Positions 31,661 to 40,903 of a stretch of 64,000 nucleotides of DNA are shown piece by piece; positions within the stretch are counted from its first letter, which is position 1, and each line of letters begins with the position of its first letter. Location of the stretch: the IMG/VR virus record IMGVR_UViG_3300006735_000018, positions 28,963-92,962 of that record. The stretch is one strand, 5' to 3'. The notes under the pieces were generated by a model. It saw nothing but the letters and a program-made list of their open reading frames with translations, ran no database searches and had not been told where the DNA came from. Both the position numbers and the translations under genes were made by a program. Source of the DNA: a virus.

Positions 31661-32390
31661 TCAAACCGAAATTAATATTGTATGTTATTTTTTCACCAGA
31701 AGGTGCGATAGCTACTTTACTAACATCTAAACCTGGTTCTACAGAAGTTAAAAACTTTTTAATTTCTTGAGCGTCTCTTAAAGGTAAAGTATGGATTGTG
31801 CTAGATATAGTCATTGGGTCTTTTTCACCACTAATTTCTACAATACTTTTTTCCAAACGTTTAGTAGCCATAGGTTTTACTTTCATACCTTCATAACTTT
31901 TTTCTAACTCTGATAATTCTAATTTATCTTGTGGTGTCAATAATCTTAATTTACAAACCTTACCTGAAACTGGTAGTTTATATTCAAATAAACCGTCTTT
32001 GTCTGGTTCTACAGTAACTTCTTTAGTTTTTAAAACAGATAAGTCTTCAACGTGTTCAAACTCTTTACCTGTTTTTGGGTCTGTTAATTTAAATCTATAT
32101 TCTGGACCAAAACCTGTATTTCTTAGAAAAACAAAAATAGCTTGTTTATCACATTCAGCTAAATTCATTACATCAACATCTTTATCTAAAACTTTTGCCT
32201 TTAATAGCGTATCCATTAACTCACCTGATTGGGATAGACTAGGTGATGTTAAAATATTTTCATCAGCTGCTGTTAAATAAGCTACCTTTAAAGTTTTTTT
32301 ATTATTAGCGTAAAAAATACCTTTAGATGGTAATTCTACAATATCGTAAGATATGTTAGGTGAAATTTCTGGTGTTTGCATGTTTTCCAT
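31632..32390 (-). CDS. Tail assembly chaperone / baseplate hub assembly protein (T4 gp26-like)
   Basis: VELPSKG.FY, LTAADENIL, LRNTGFG..Y and LPVSGK..K.RLLT; lies between tube and tape measure. Likely start is the ATG at 32390 (ORF track 32411). Confidence 0.78.
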   Translation of the reverse strand: MENMQTPEISPNISYDIVELPSKGIFYANNKKTLKVAYLTAADENILTSPSLSQSGELMDTLLKAKVLDKDVDVMNLAECDKQAIFVFLRNTGFGPEYRFKLTDPKTGKEFEHVEDLSVLKTKEVTVEPDKDGLFEYKLPVSGKVCKLRLLTPQDKLELSELEKSYEGMKVKPMATKRLEKSIVEISGEKDPMTISSTIHTLPLRDAQEIKKFLTSVEPGLDVSKVAIAPSGEKITYNINFGLNFFRPFFGL

Positions 32391-32476
32391 TCTATATAGT
32401 TTTATTAACAATAATATAAAAATTATTTATTAAGTGAATAAAAATTCACAAATATCTACTATAAGTAGTATAAAAC

Positions 32477-32500
32477 AAAAAACCCACATAATTGTGGGTT
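32477..32500 (-). terminator. Rho-independent terminator after the tail tube gene
   Basis: AACCCACA/TGTGGGTT stem with a T-tract on the minus strand. Confidence 0.75.
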
Positions 32501-32525
32501 CTTTAAATATATTTTTAAAATTAAA

Positions 32526-33014
32526 TTAGTAAACTAATATACATCTATCTGGTCTTAATGTTGCTGCTATGTTAGCCATACCTTCATCACTATAAGATAA
32601 ATCGTTAAAATTAACATCGGTTAAGAAACAACCTTGTAATACCCATTTTTCTACAACAACACCTGTTGGGTCTAACATCTCTAAATCTAGATTCTTTTTA
32701 TATCCTGCAGCATAACCCATTCTACCAGTTACCGACTCAGCGTGTAATCTAACCCACTCCATAAGTGCTTGTGAAGCAGAAGGACCAATAGGGTCTCTAA
32801 ACGTAACATTTATTGTGTTCCAAGTAAATCTACCAGCTACGTAAGTTGATGTGTTTAGAAAAGGTATCTCTACGGAACCTATAGTAACTTGTGGTCTTGA
32901 TGTACTTTCTACGTACCATTCGTTAATACCCAGTGAAGAATCAAATCTCATTATAAACCTATTCTTTTTCTTTGGTTCATAAGGTACGGGCATTTTCATT
33001 AATAAATCGGCCAT
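32526..33014 (-). CDS. Tail tube protein (T4 gp19-like)
   Basis: YEPKKKNRF, RP.V, YVAGRFTWNTINVTFRDPI and VVEKWVLQGCF; 162 aa; downstream of the sheath gene. Confidence 0.9.
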   Translation of the reverse strand: MADLLMKMPVPYEPKKKNRFIMRFDSSLGINEWYVESTSRPQVTIGSVEIPFLNTSTYVAGRFTWNTINVTFRDPIGPSASQALMEWVRLHAESVTGRMGYAAGYKKNLDLEMLDPTGVVVEKWVLQGCFLTDVNFNDLSYSDEGMANIAATLRPDRCILVY

Positions 33015-33114
33015 ATTGTTTTAATTTTTAATTTTTGTTATTTGTTAATAAATATAATGTACTTTAATTATTTACTCTATATATCTATAAATATATCGTT
33101 GCAGCAAAATAATA

Positions 33115-33975
33115 TTAATCATCTATTTTAGATACTATAATTTTGTTTTTTTCTCCTTTTGAGGTATCATATATAAAAAAGTTTACTCCAGGATATTCTA
33201 TTTGTAATTCTTTATCAATAAAATCAATAATAGCTTCTATATTTCTTCTATCGTCATCACTAAAACCAATACTTAATCTATCATATTCACCATTAGTTAG
33301 TTTTTTAACACCTTCTACTACTTTTTTAACATAATCTCTTAAAGCTATTTTTTTACCTTCTTCTGGTCTGTCAGCGTCAGAATCTAAACCAAATTTATCT
33401 TTAAATTCTGTGGATGTTACGGGAGAATAATCATTTTGTGATAAATAAAAATCTATTTTTTCTTCCATATTCATGTCTTGTGTTGATGGGTATGTTTTTT
33501 CTATGTTTTCTAACATAAATTTTACTTCTTTTGGTTCAAATGTCATTCCAATTAATAACCTAACCCCCTCTTTAATTGCATGTGGTGGTGTACCTCTAGC
33601 TGTTATTATTGAAAATGGATTAGCGTAAATTAACGACTCTTTAAATTTTTCAAAACTAGGGGCAAACTTTTTATCCTCTATTGCCTTTTTAACATCTGTT
33701 ATAAATGTTTGTGGCTCTGCAAAATCCATAAAAGAATAATCCGTCAATCTATAGTCTGAATCATCACGAACTATAGCAAAATCTTCAGTACTAACATTTA
33801 CCGGTACCCAGTCAAAACCATCTTTTTTTTCCATCTTAATTTCTGTAGGCATATAAAGGATATTATCGTCCCAATCAAAAGAGTATCCTCTTATTTTATC
33901 GGTTGTTATTACCTCACCAATCTCACTTACAAGTTTTGTAAATTGTTTTTCTGTTATTATTAGGTTTTTAGACAT
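33115..33975 (-). CDS. HAD-superfamily phosphatase-like protein with an N-terminal leader
   Basis: HAD motif I FDWDDNI, motif II ITARG, a Lys in EGKK and motif IV GFSDDD; N-terminus MSKNLIITEKQFTKLVSE. Confidence 0.7.
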   Translation of the reverse strand: MSKNLIITEKQFTKLVSEIGEVITTDKIRGYSFDWDDNILYMPTEIKMEKKDGFDWVPVNVSTEDFAIVRDDSDYRLTDYSFMDFAEPQTFITDVKKAIEDKKFAPSFEKFKESLIYANPFSIITARGTPPHAIKEGVRLLIGMTFEPKEVKFMLENIEKTYPSTQDMNMEEKIDFYLSQNDYSPVTSTEFKDKFGLDSDADRPEEGKKIALRDYVKKVVEGVKKLTNGEYDRLSIGFSDDDRRNIEAIIDFIDKELQIEYPGVNFFIYDTSKGEKNKIIVSKIDD

Positions 33976-33999
33976 ATACTATAAATATTTTAAATAGAT

Positions 34000-34030
34000 A
34001 AAAAAAAACGTGATGAAAAAACATCACGTT
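34000..34030 (-). terminator. Rho-independent terminator
   Basis: AACGTGATG/CATCACGTT stem followed by a long T-run on the minus strand, after the sheath/34058 transcript. Confidence 0.75.
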
Positions 34031-34057
34031 AATTTATTGGTATTTTATAACAATCCT

Positions 34058-34816
34058 TTAACCTTTAATTGGATTATATGCCGTCCCCGCTTTATTGACT
34101 CTATTAAACCATTTTTTCATGCCTCTAATCTCTGATTCTGAAATAGGGTTTGTAGTTTTCAATTTTCTACCTTCGTAAGTTACATTGCCTTGTGTTGGTG
34201 GCGTTGGTTTTCCCTTACAAGGTACTTCTGGACAAGATTTAGGACATTTTTTTCCAGGTACAAGACTGTATGGTTTTTGGCCTCTACATTTACAACACTT
34301 TTTCTTAGCAGATGATGTTGTTGGGTCTTCTGGGTCAAATCCATGTCCGTCAGTACTGCTTCCACGTCCACTTTTTGTAGCTTGTTCCCCCATTTCTATT
34401 GCATTTGTTACAAGTTCATCAGGGTTTAAAGACGAACACCCTTGTGGTGTCATTATTTGCCCAGGAGGACACGGAGCTTTTTGGCCAGTCAATGGTTTTG
34501 GTCTTGCTGGTGGAGTTTCACCAAATCCTTTAGGTTTTTCACCCATCTTACCCCTAGGTGTTGGGTCAGTTGGTGTTGGTTTAAGTGATGAAGGTTTTTT
34601 TCCCATTCTACCACCGATACCACTAGGGGTTGGGTTAGTAGGTGTTGGTTTATATATACTAGGTTTTTCGTCTCTTTTTTCGTTTATAAGTTTAATTAAC
34701 CTTTGTAATTGTTCTTCACTAACTACCACTTTTTGTTTTTTACCTTTAGTGTAAGTTTTTTTATTAGTTTTTGGTAAACCTACCTCCTCTGAAAGTAATC
34801 TTTTTTTAAATTTCAT
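34058..34816 (-). CDS. Pro/Lys-rich hypothetical protein with Cys clusters
   Basis: 252 aa; KVVVSEEQLQRLIKLINE motif, duplicated KPTPT.PTP.G, and CCKC...C...C...C. Confidence 0.65.
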   Translation of the reverse strand: MKFKKRLLSEEVGLPKTNKKTYTKGKKQKVVVSEEQLQRLIKLINEKRDEKPSIYKPTPTNPTPSGIGGRMGKKPSSLKPTPTDPTPRGKMGEKPKGFGETPPARPKPLTGQKAPCPPGQIMTPQGCSSLNPDELVTNAIEMGEQATKSGRGSSTDGHGFDPEDPTTSSAKKKCCKCRGQKPYSLVPGKKCPKSCPEVPCKGKPTPPTQGNVTYEGRKLKTTNPISESEIRGMKKWFNRVNKAGTAYNPIKG

Positions 34817-34825
34817 AATTGTCTA

Positions 34826-37800
34826 TTATATGTCTTCAAATGAAGCTCCTGTTGGAGTTATTAGGAATTCAATAAATATGAATTCTAGTGCTCTTGTTGG
34901 TTTGATGTAAATCTTACCGTTCATTTCATTTCTATCGATTTCTTCTGGGTCATCTGATAATACAACTCTAAAGTCTGTTAAACCTCTATCTCTTCTTATA
35001 GAGTCTAAAATTGGGTTAACTAAGTCTAGGAATTGTTGTCTTACCACATCATCATTTTGTTCGAATAGTAATCTAACCGCAACTGCTGAAATCAGTTTTC
35101 TAGTTTGTAATAACAATCTTCTTACATTTATTCTATCTAAAGCCGATTCTTTAACTTGTAAAGTCTTGTTACCAAATATAATCGGACCTACATCACTAAA
35201 TGTAGCGATTGGGTTAATTCTACCAACATATAACGTATCTCTATCGTCTAAAGTTAGTTTTGTTCTAGCTTTTATTGCGTTAACGATACCTCTAGTATAA
35301 CCAGCCGATGCGAACCATGGGAAAGCTATATTATCTGTTAATGCTAAGTTTCTAGTAACTTCAGCTGTTGGTGGAATATATAATTGTTTATTTGTGTTAT
35401 TATCTCTAACAAGTACCCAAGGATAGTAAGTCGCTGTATAGTTAGAATCTATAAAACTATCTTCTACATTGTTAACAGCTTCTGTTGGGTCAATTTTATT
35501 ACTCGCGTCTGAAGTAGTACTAACAAATAAGTTGTAATCTGGTGTTGTAGTGATATATAGTGAATCCGCTCTTTCGTTTTCAACCATATCTATAGTGTCA
35601 TTTACTAAAGCTAAGTTGTTAACATAATCAATTCCTGGTGTAGCGAACACATTAATATCTACAGCTTCAGGGTTTTCAAATTTATGAATCGCTTGTTTGT
35701 AAGCGTCATAATCTGTATTTGACTCTGTAGATGAAATCTTTTTAAACGACCCTAAACCACTAGCGTCAGTATATGTTGAGTCTGCACATGCTCCATATTT
35801 GTAACCTGTCATACCTAGTCTATAAGCGTCTTCGTTTGTTCTAGTCTTTCTATACTCATCCCATCCATCAAAACCACCATAAGGTGCTAATGTAAACTTT
35901 CTAGATTGTATCTTATAATAAGGGTTAGTTGTTGACGTTGGTTCTGATTTAAAGTCTGCTTCACCAACCATAAACATAGATTTACCACTTAAAGTAGATG
36001 CTGTTTCTGTTAAATAAGAACCTGAACCTGCTATAACCACTGTAGCTCCAGAATCCATATGGAATCCTTGTGTTAACACTGGCCAGTCACTACCAGTAGT
36101 ATCAGTACAAACTGAAGCTGGTGTTTTAAATCCTTTATATTCAAAGAAGTCAAAGTCAATAGCCGCACCATCTCCATCAGAGAATCCTAAATAATTTTTT
36201 CTAAGATTATCTCCCGCTGAAACAGAAGCGTTACTAAGATTACCCGCTGAATCATAATATGGGTCAAACACAACTTCACCTGGTGTAAAGTATTTAGTTT
36301 TCCATTTTGGGTACGGGTTTACTGTACTTGTACAAGATTCTCTAAATTTATAACCTTCGAATCCAGCCGGTAAAGCGTCTTTTAAGTCACCTTCAATAAC
36401 TGGGTCAGTTAATTCTAACATTGTGTAAGTAGACCTTAATTCGTATTCACCATCTGAAGTACCAATTTTTCTAGCTATAAAGTTTGGTGCTGTTGGGTCT
36501 AAACTACATCTAGTGTATTTTTCGAATACTATTGGGTTAGCGTCTGTATCATAAAAATCTCTAACGACAACATCGAATTCTACTCTTTCGAAAGAAATGT
36601 TAGTTATAGATATTTTATGTTCTCTATTTGCTGCTGAACCGTCTGAGATTGATATGAATCTAAATAATCTAGAAACTTCGTTACCTCGTAATTCAGAAAC
36701 AACATAAGGTGTTCTAGGTGTTTGCCACTCATTCATGTACCAACCTAAAGAAGTTCTTAGTGTATTGTTAAATCTAGCTGCTGGTCTGTAACATGTACAA
36801 CAGTTAATTCCTCTAATTTTTTGTCTTCTATATAGATACTTTAGTAAATTAGGGTATATTTCTTCTACAAAAATAGGAATTTCATTAGCTTCTCTATCAA
36901 ACACCTTTCTACCTAAAACTCTAGATAGATAATTTTTCTTAGTATTATCTAAGGATGCTGTAAATTTAGATATTACACCTTCATCTGTTTTTGCCGAAAT
37001 ACCAAAATTAGCAAATGGGTCTCTTAAAACATCGTTATATGTACCTGTACAATCAAAGTCTACATCACCTTGTTTGTAACCATCTCCCGTACTTGCACTA
37101 ATTTTATATACTGGTCCACCACTTGTAAGTGTACTTTCACCTCTGGACCTTAAAGTTGCAATTGTCATGTTATGATAATCAGTGTTTGCACTTACACAAC
37201 TATAATTTGCGTAAGCCCCACTTAATGTTAATCCTAAATAAGTTACAGCTGAACAACTTCCAGTGTAGAATGTTGTAAAGGCTGAAACTGAATTACCAGT
37301 AAAGAACCAAGAATCAGTAGCGTTAGTTGTTCCGGTTAAACCATTTGCTACAACCGAACCTGCTTTAAGTCCTGGAGAATATGTAAGTGAATTAGCAAGA
37401 CCATTAGTACTAGCGTCTCCTAGTAAACCGGTATTGGCAAATCCACTTAAGGTTACTTGTACCGCTGTATAAGCTGGAGAACTTCCACCAATGGACGTTC
37501 CTGCACAAGTTTGTAATTTATAATCTGATACAGCTCCTGAATACTGTGCTGCTGTAAATGTTGTTACAGCTGCAGATAACGTACTACCAGTACCATTTGA
37601 ACCTACGAAAGGATAAACTGTTGGTTGATAAGCGGATAAAGCTAATGGTCCTCCGTTTAGAGCACCTTCTGCGTTACCCCAAGATTCTGTTCCTGATGAA
37701 TATGAGAAGTAATTACCTGAAGAAATTTGTCCAGGTATATTATTACCACCGTTTGTAGCTGCACCGTAGAATGACCATTCAGACCACGATGATGCTGAAG

Positions 37801-38935
37801 TTGATGCTGTATAACCATTTAAGTTAACTACGTGAGTTGAACTACCTGGTTTAATTAAGTTAGGTAGTATAGCGTATACTGTTGTACTAGCTTTATCGTC
37901 TGATGAACCTGATACTCCAGTACTAACAGCTCCCTCAACATAAGTTGTAGCTGTAGAAGCTGAACTAACAAACATTGTAAACGCACCTCCTGAGTAACAA
38001 CTATTTGTACAAGAATCTACGTCATATTTGTAATCAAATAATGAGTTATACCAACCATCATTAGTATCTGCTGAAAAATCAGCACTTTTAATAGCTTCTG
38101 GTGCTGAAGCTCCAACACCTGTTGGTCCAGCTGTTAAGTTATTTGCTATACCTAATCTATTATATGAATCAACCGGTAAACCAGTTGTTCCTGTAATTCT
38201 TGCGTATTGTTGACTTGTTGTTGAAGAAGCTATAAAACCGTATTGGTAAAATTCTGTAGCTCCAGTTATATCAAATGAACTCTGGTCATTATCTAATGTA
38301 GCGTTAACAAAGTGAGCTATTTCATCTACTAGAGTACCAACAGCACTACCTTGACCATTATACCAAGTTTCACCTGTTATTTGTTCTGCTGTTCTAAATG
38401 GTCCATTAACACCAGCAATTGGTGAAACTGTTAAACCACTTAACGCATCTGCGAAAGCAGTACCGTTTGAGTAAGTTGTGTATATATTGGATGTGTTTAG
38501 TGTTCCACCTGTAAGTGGGACATATATCCTATCTTCCCAAGCAGATACGGTTTGTCCTGTAGAACCACTTGCTACATATAACTCATCTAATTCACCTATT
38601 GTTAATAACTGCCATGATGGTCCAGCGTCATAACCAGATAACCCTAACACTCTTGTCACAAACAATTGGTTAGATTGTGATAGGTAAGACCTAGCAATAA
38701 ATGATGTCTCATATTTAGGAATCTGTGATTCTGTGAACTTTTCTGGGTCCGTATCACCGAACCTTGTTCTAAATTTATCAAAAGAATCTATGAATATAGG
38801 TTCAAATGCTGGACCTTTTTTTGTTTCACCAGCAACCCCTAGGGTTGTTACTCCAACACTTTGTGCTACAAACGTTAAATCCTTCTCTGCGGTGTATACA
38901 CCTGGAGATACGAATACTTTTTGATTTTCAGCCAT
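34826..38935 (-). CDS. Tail sheath protein (T4 gp18-like) with a large insertion
   Basis: FVSPGVYTAEKD, GETKKGPAFEP, ATYYPW, PWFASAGYTRG, INPI, GNKTLQ, DRINVRRLL, LFEQND and IYIKPTRALEFI. Confidence 0.93.
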   Translation of the reverse strand: MAENQKVFVSPGVYTAEKDLTFVAQSVGVTTLGVAGETKKGPAFEPIFIDSFDKFRTRFGDTDPEKFTESQIPKYETSFIARSYLSQSNQLFVTRVLGLSGYDAGPSWQLLTIGELDELYVASGSTGQTVSAWEDRIYVPLTGGTLNTSNIYTTYSNGTAFADALSGLTVSPIAGVNGPFRTAEQITGETWYNGQGSAVGTLVDEIAHFVNATLDNDQSSFDITGATEFYQYGFIASSTTSQQYARITGTTGLPVDSYNRLGIANNLTAGPTGVGASAPEAIKSADFSADTNDGWYNSLFDYKYDVDSCTNSCYSGGAFTMFVSSASTATTYVEGAVSTGVSGSSDDKASTTVYAILPNLIKPGSSTHVVNLNGYTASTSASSWSEWSFYGAATNGGNNIPGQISSGNYFSYSSGTESWGNAEGALNGGPLALSAYQPTVYPFVGSNGTGSTLSAAVTTFTAAQYSGAVSDYKLQTCAGTSIGGSSPAYTAVQVTLSGFANTGLLGDASTNGLANSLTYSPGLKAGSVVANGLTGTTNATDSWFFTGNSVSAFTTFYTGSCSAVTYLGLTLSGAYANYSCVSANTDYHNMTIATLRSRGESTLTSGGPVYKISASTGDGYKQGDVDFDCTGTYNDVLRDPFANFGISAKTDEGVISKFTASLDNTKKNYLSRVLGRKVFDREANEIPIFVEEIYPNLLKYLYRRQKIRGINCCTCYRPAARFNNTLRTSLGWYMNEWQTPRTPYVVSELRGNEVSRLFRFISISDGSAANREHKISITNISFERVEFDVVVRDFYDTDANPIVFEKYTRCSLDPTAPNFIARKIGTSDGEYELRSTYTMLELTDPVIEGDLKDALPAGFEGYKFRESCTSTVNPYPKWKTKYFTPGEVVFDPYYDSAGNLSNASVSAGDNLRKNYLGFSDGDGAAIDFDFFEYKGFKTPASVCTDTTGSDWPVLTQGFHMDSGATVVIAGSGSYLTETASTLSGKSMFMVGEADFKSEPTSTTNPYYKIQSRKFTLAPYGGFDGWDEYRKTRTNEDAYRLGMTGYKYGACADSTYTDASGLGSFKKISSTESNTDYDAYKQAIHKFENPEAVDINVFATPGIDYVNNLALVNDTIDMVENERADSLYITTTPDYNLFVSTTSDASNKIDPTEAVNNVEDSFIDSNYTATYYPWVLVRDNNTNKQLYIPPTAEVTRNLALTDNIAFPWFASAGYTRGIVNAIKARTKLTLDDRDTLYVGRINPIATFSDVGPIIFGNKTLQVKESALDRINVRRLLLQTRKLISAVAVRLLFEQNDDVVRQQFLDLVNPILDSIRRDRGLTDFRVVLSDDPEEIDRNEMNGKIYIKPTRALEFIFIEFLITPTGASFEDI

Positions 38936-39065
38936 TTTTAAACGATTTTATTTATTTTATATTTTATTAGATAAATATTGATTTCAATTCCAAAAGTTTA
39001 CTAATTAAACAATATAATTATATAGAGTAGGAATATTTTCTACCTTTTCTCTACCTTTAGCTAAT

Positions 39066-39212
39066 ATGAAGATAAAAAACCTTAAAATAAGACCAGAGTA
39101 TCACAAACTACTAAAAGACTATTGTAAATCTAATGGTTTGGTTATGTCTAGATTTTTAGAAAAGCTTATAAAAGAAAAATGTATTAAGAAAAAAGACATT
39201 TATGGTGAGTAG
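39066..39212 (+). CDS. Ribbon-helix-helix (Arc/CopG-like) DNA-binding protein (48 aa, missed by ORF track)
   Basis: MKIKNLKIRPEYHKLLKDYCKSNGLVMSRFLEKLIKEKCIKKKDIYGE*. An alternating beta-strand (KNLKI) precedes helix-G-x-x-M-S-helix. Confidence 0.7.
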   Translation: MKIKNLKIRPEYHKLLKDYCKSNGLVMSRFLEKLIKEKCIKKKDIYGE

Positions 39213-39214
39213 TT

Positions 39215-40327
39215 TTATGGGTAAATAAGTTCTTCTAAGACTATTTGGGAATTTGCTAAAGGACCTACTTCTTTAACTATAGTAACTTCAAGAACATCAC
39301 CTATATCTACTTCTATTTTACCTTGTGTTGTAGTTCCATTTATTTTATATACAACTGAAAGAACATTATCTGACCTAACTAATGTTACTGTGGCCTTATA
39401 AGCATATGTGACTGATTGGACTGTTCCAGTTGGAACATCCTCAAACCCAAAATCTAGTTTTCTTCTAAATTTATTTTTATTATATATATTAATTTGGTTT
39501 TGGTCTACTATGGAAGGACTTCCATTACCTGTTTTTTTATGAGAAGTGTTTGTATCAAAAAACAATAAAGACCTATTAATTGCTGGTTTAACTTCAAACT
39601 CATCTTCATCAATTAAAAAACCCTGTAGTTGGAACGAATAATTTTGTTGGTAATATCTTCTATCTTCAGTGTCTATTACACTTTCGTCACTTATACTTTC
39701 TGAGACTATTGGTATGTAGTGTCCTTTAACAAATGTATAAGCCTGTCTAGAACTGAATTTTTGCATTACAATTTTATTAAATTGATTTAGTTCTCTCATC
39801 CTATTACAAATTATCTTAACATCGTAGGTTATATCTACAGGTATTGGTTGTGGTATACTATATATGTCTACTCCTTTTCTATTTCCATCCCAAGTAGGTA
39901 CTTTCGCAAAATGAAATTGTTTTCTATCAGGAATTGTATATTGTAGGGATGGGTTAGTCCCGTAAACTACTTGTGGTTGTCTAACCACAACAATAAAAGG
40001 TAACGAAACATTTTTATCTTCAGTACTAAAACTCCAAGACTGGGAAAATTCACCCCACCTTTGTAATGTTAATATTCTATCTATTACAGGTATCTTTTTA
40101 CCTGAAGTACTAGTATCTAAATCATTTTTAACAAAATCTAACATGCCCCTATCCATATCAGCGTGTAATACTGATTTTGGTAAGTAGGTCCCATCCTCGG
40201 TTATAAGTTCACTTAATTCTCTTCTTCTATTAGGTGTTGTTAAACCATTATAACCAGAATCATATTGTGGTTGTGGTGGTCTAGGACTAATATTAATATT
40301 TGTTTTAAGTTTTTTAGGTAATGCCAT
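39215..40327 (-). CDS. Tail terminator / sheath stabiliser (T4 gp15-like)
   Basis: LP.I.V.R and IPQPIPVDITYDVKI...ELNQ motifs; sits between the neck gene and the sheath gene. Confidence 0.65.
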   Translation of the reverse strand: MALPKKLKTNINISPRPPQPQYDSGYNGLTTPNRRRELSELITEDGTYLPKSVLHADMDRGMLDFVKNDLDTSTSGKKIPVIDRILTLQRWGEFSQSWSFSTEDKNVSLPFIVVVRQPQVVYGTNPSLQYTIPDRKQFHFAKVPTWDGNRKGVDIYSIPQPIPVDITYDVKIICNRMRELNQFNKIVMQKFSSRQAYTFVKGHYIPIVSESISDESVIDTEDRRYYQQNYSFQLQGFLIDEDEFEVKPAINRSLLFFDTNTSHKKTGNGSPSIVDQNQINIYNKNKFRRKLDFGFEDVPTGTVQSVTYAYKATVTLVRSDNVLSVVYKINGTTTQGKIEVDIGDVLEVTIVKEVGPLANSQIVLEELIYP

Positions 40328-40845
40328 TATATTCCTTTAAATTCATTAGGGCTCACATATGAGCAAGTTATTGTTCTATAGAAAGGTTTATAACCCCCTA
40401 TTGTGTGTGCTAAATCAGATGTGACCCTACCATCATTAGTTACAGTATAGTATCTCATTCTATCTTCTGTTTCCGCATAACCAACATAATCACCATAGGA
40501 AATATCAATATCTAATTCTTCTAAATGTTTCATATAAACACTTAATGTCATATTTCCAGGTTCCATTTGATTTACTAATCCTGAAGCGTAGGAAGAGTTT
40601 TTTGGTTCTGATATACTTACATAAGCATTAAACTCTACAGGTGCTTTATATCTAATCTCTTCAGGTCCAGCTTCACCATAAACATCATCATTGTCTGATT
40701 TCTCTCTATCAACTCTAAATAAAACTAAAGTAAAGTTCATATCACCATGTAGCCATTCCATACCCATTTCTTGTTCAAGACTAAAATCTTCCGACGCAAA
40801 AAATCTGGATATCCTTGTAATTGGTATTTTTTTCTGTTCTGCCAT
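40327..40845 (-). CDS. Neck / head-closure protein (T4 gp14-like)
   Basis: VLFRVD...DDVYGEA...YKAPVE...GDYV; upstream of the tail terminator gene. Confidence 0.65.
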   Translation of the reverse strand: MAEQKKIPITRISRFFASEDFSLEQEMGMEWLHGDMNFTLVLFRVDREKSDNDDVYGEAGPEEIRYKAPVEFNAYVSISEPKNSSYASGLVNQMEPGNMTLSVYMKHLEELDIDISYGDYVGYAETEDRMRYYTVTNDGRVTSDLAHTIGGYKPFYRTITCSYVSPNEFKGI

Positions 40846-40863
40846 ATAATAATAAATAGTTTG

Positions 40864-40894
40864 TTGTCTATGTTATGCTTTTATATTATATTTG
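40864..40894 (+). promoter_or_regulatory. Bacteroidota-type promoter (-33 TTG, -7 TAnnTTTG)
   Basis: TTG at 40864, a 20-nt spacer and TATATTTG at 40887-40894, just before the SNF2 ATG. Confidence 0.6.
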
Positions 40895-40903
40895 TAATAT
40901 TAT

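Noticed and set aside
34185-34754. 189-aa + strand ORF
   Set aside because: Antisense shadow of the Pro/Lys-rich gene 34058..34816; its Gly/Val/Phe bias mirrors the sense codons.
272-38924. Numerous 60-185 aa + strand ORFs in the ORF track (e.g. 7970..8416, 14117..14605, 27070..27627, 30499..30954)
   Set aside because: All lie antisense within long, motif-supported minus-strand genes and lack recognisable motifs.
7216-40845. Bacterial extracellular contractile injection system or tailocin
   Set aside because: The tail genes are intermixed with neck proteins and a full phage replisome (PolB, DnaB, SSB, UvsX, NrdJ), so this is a phage genome.
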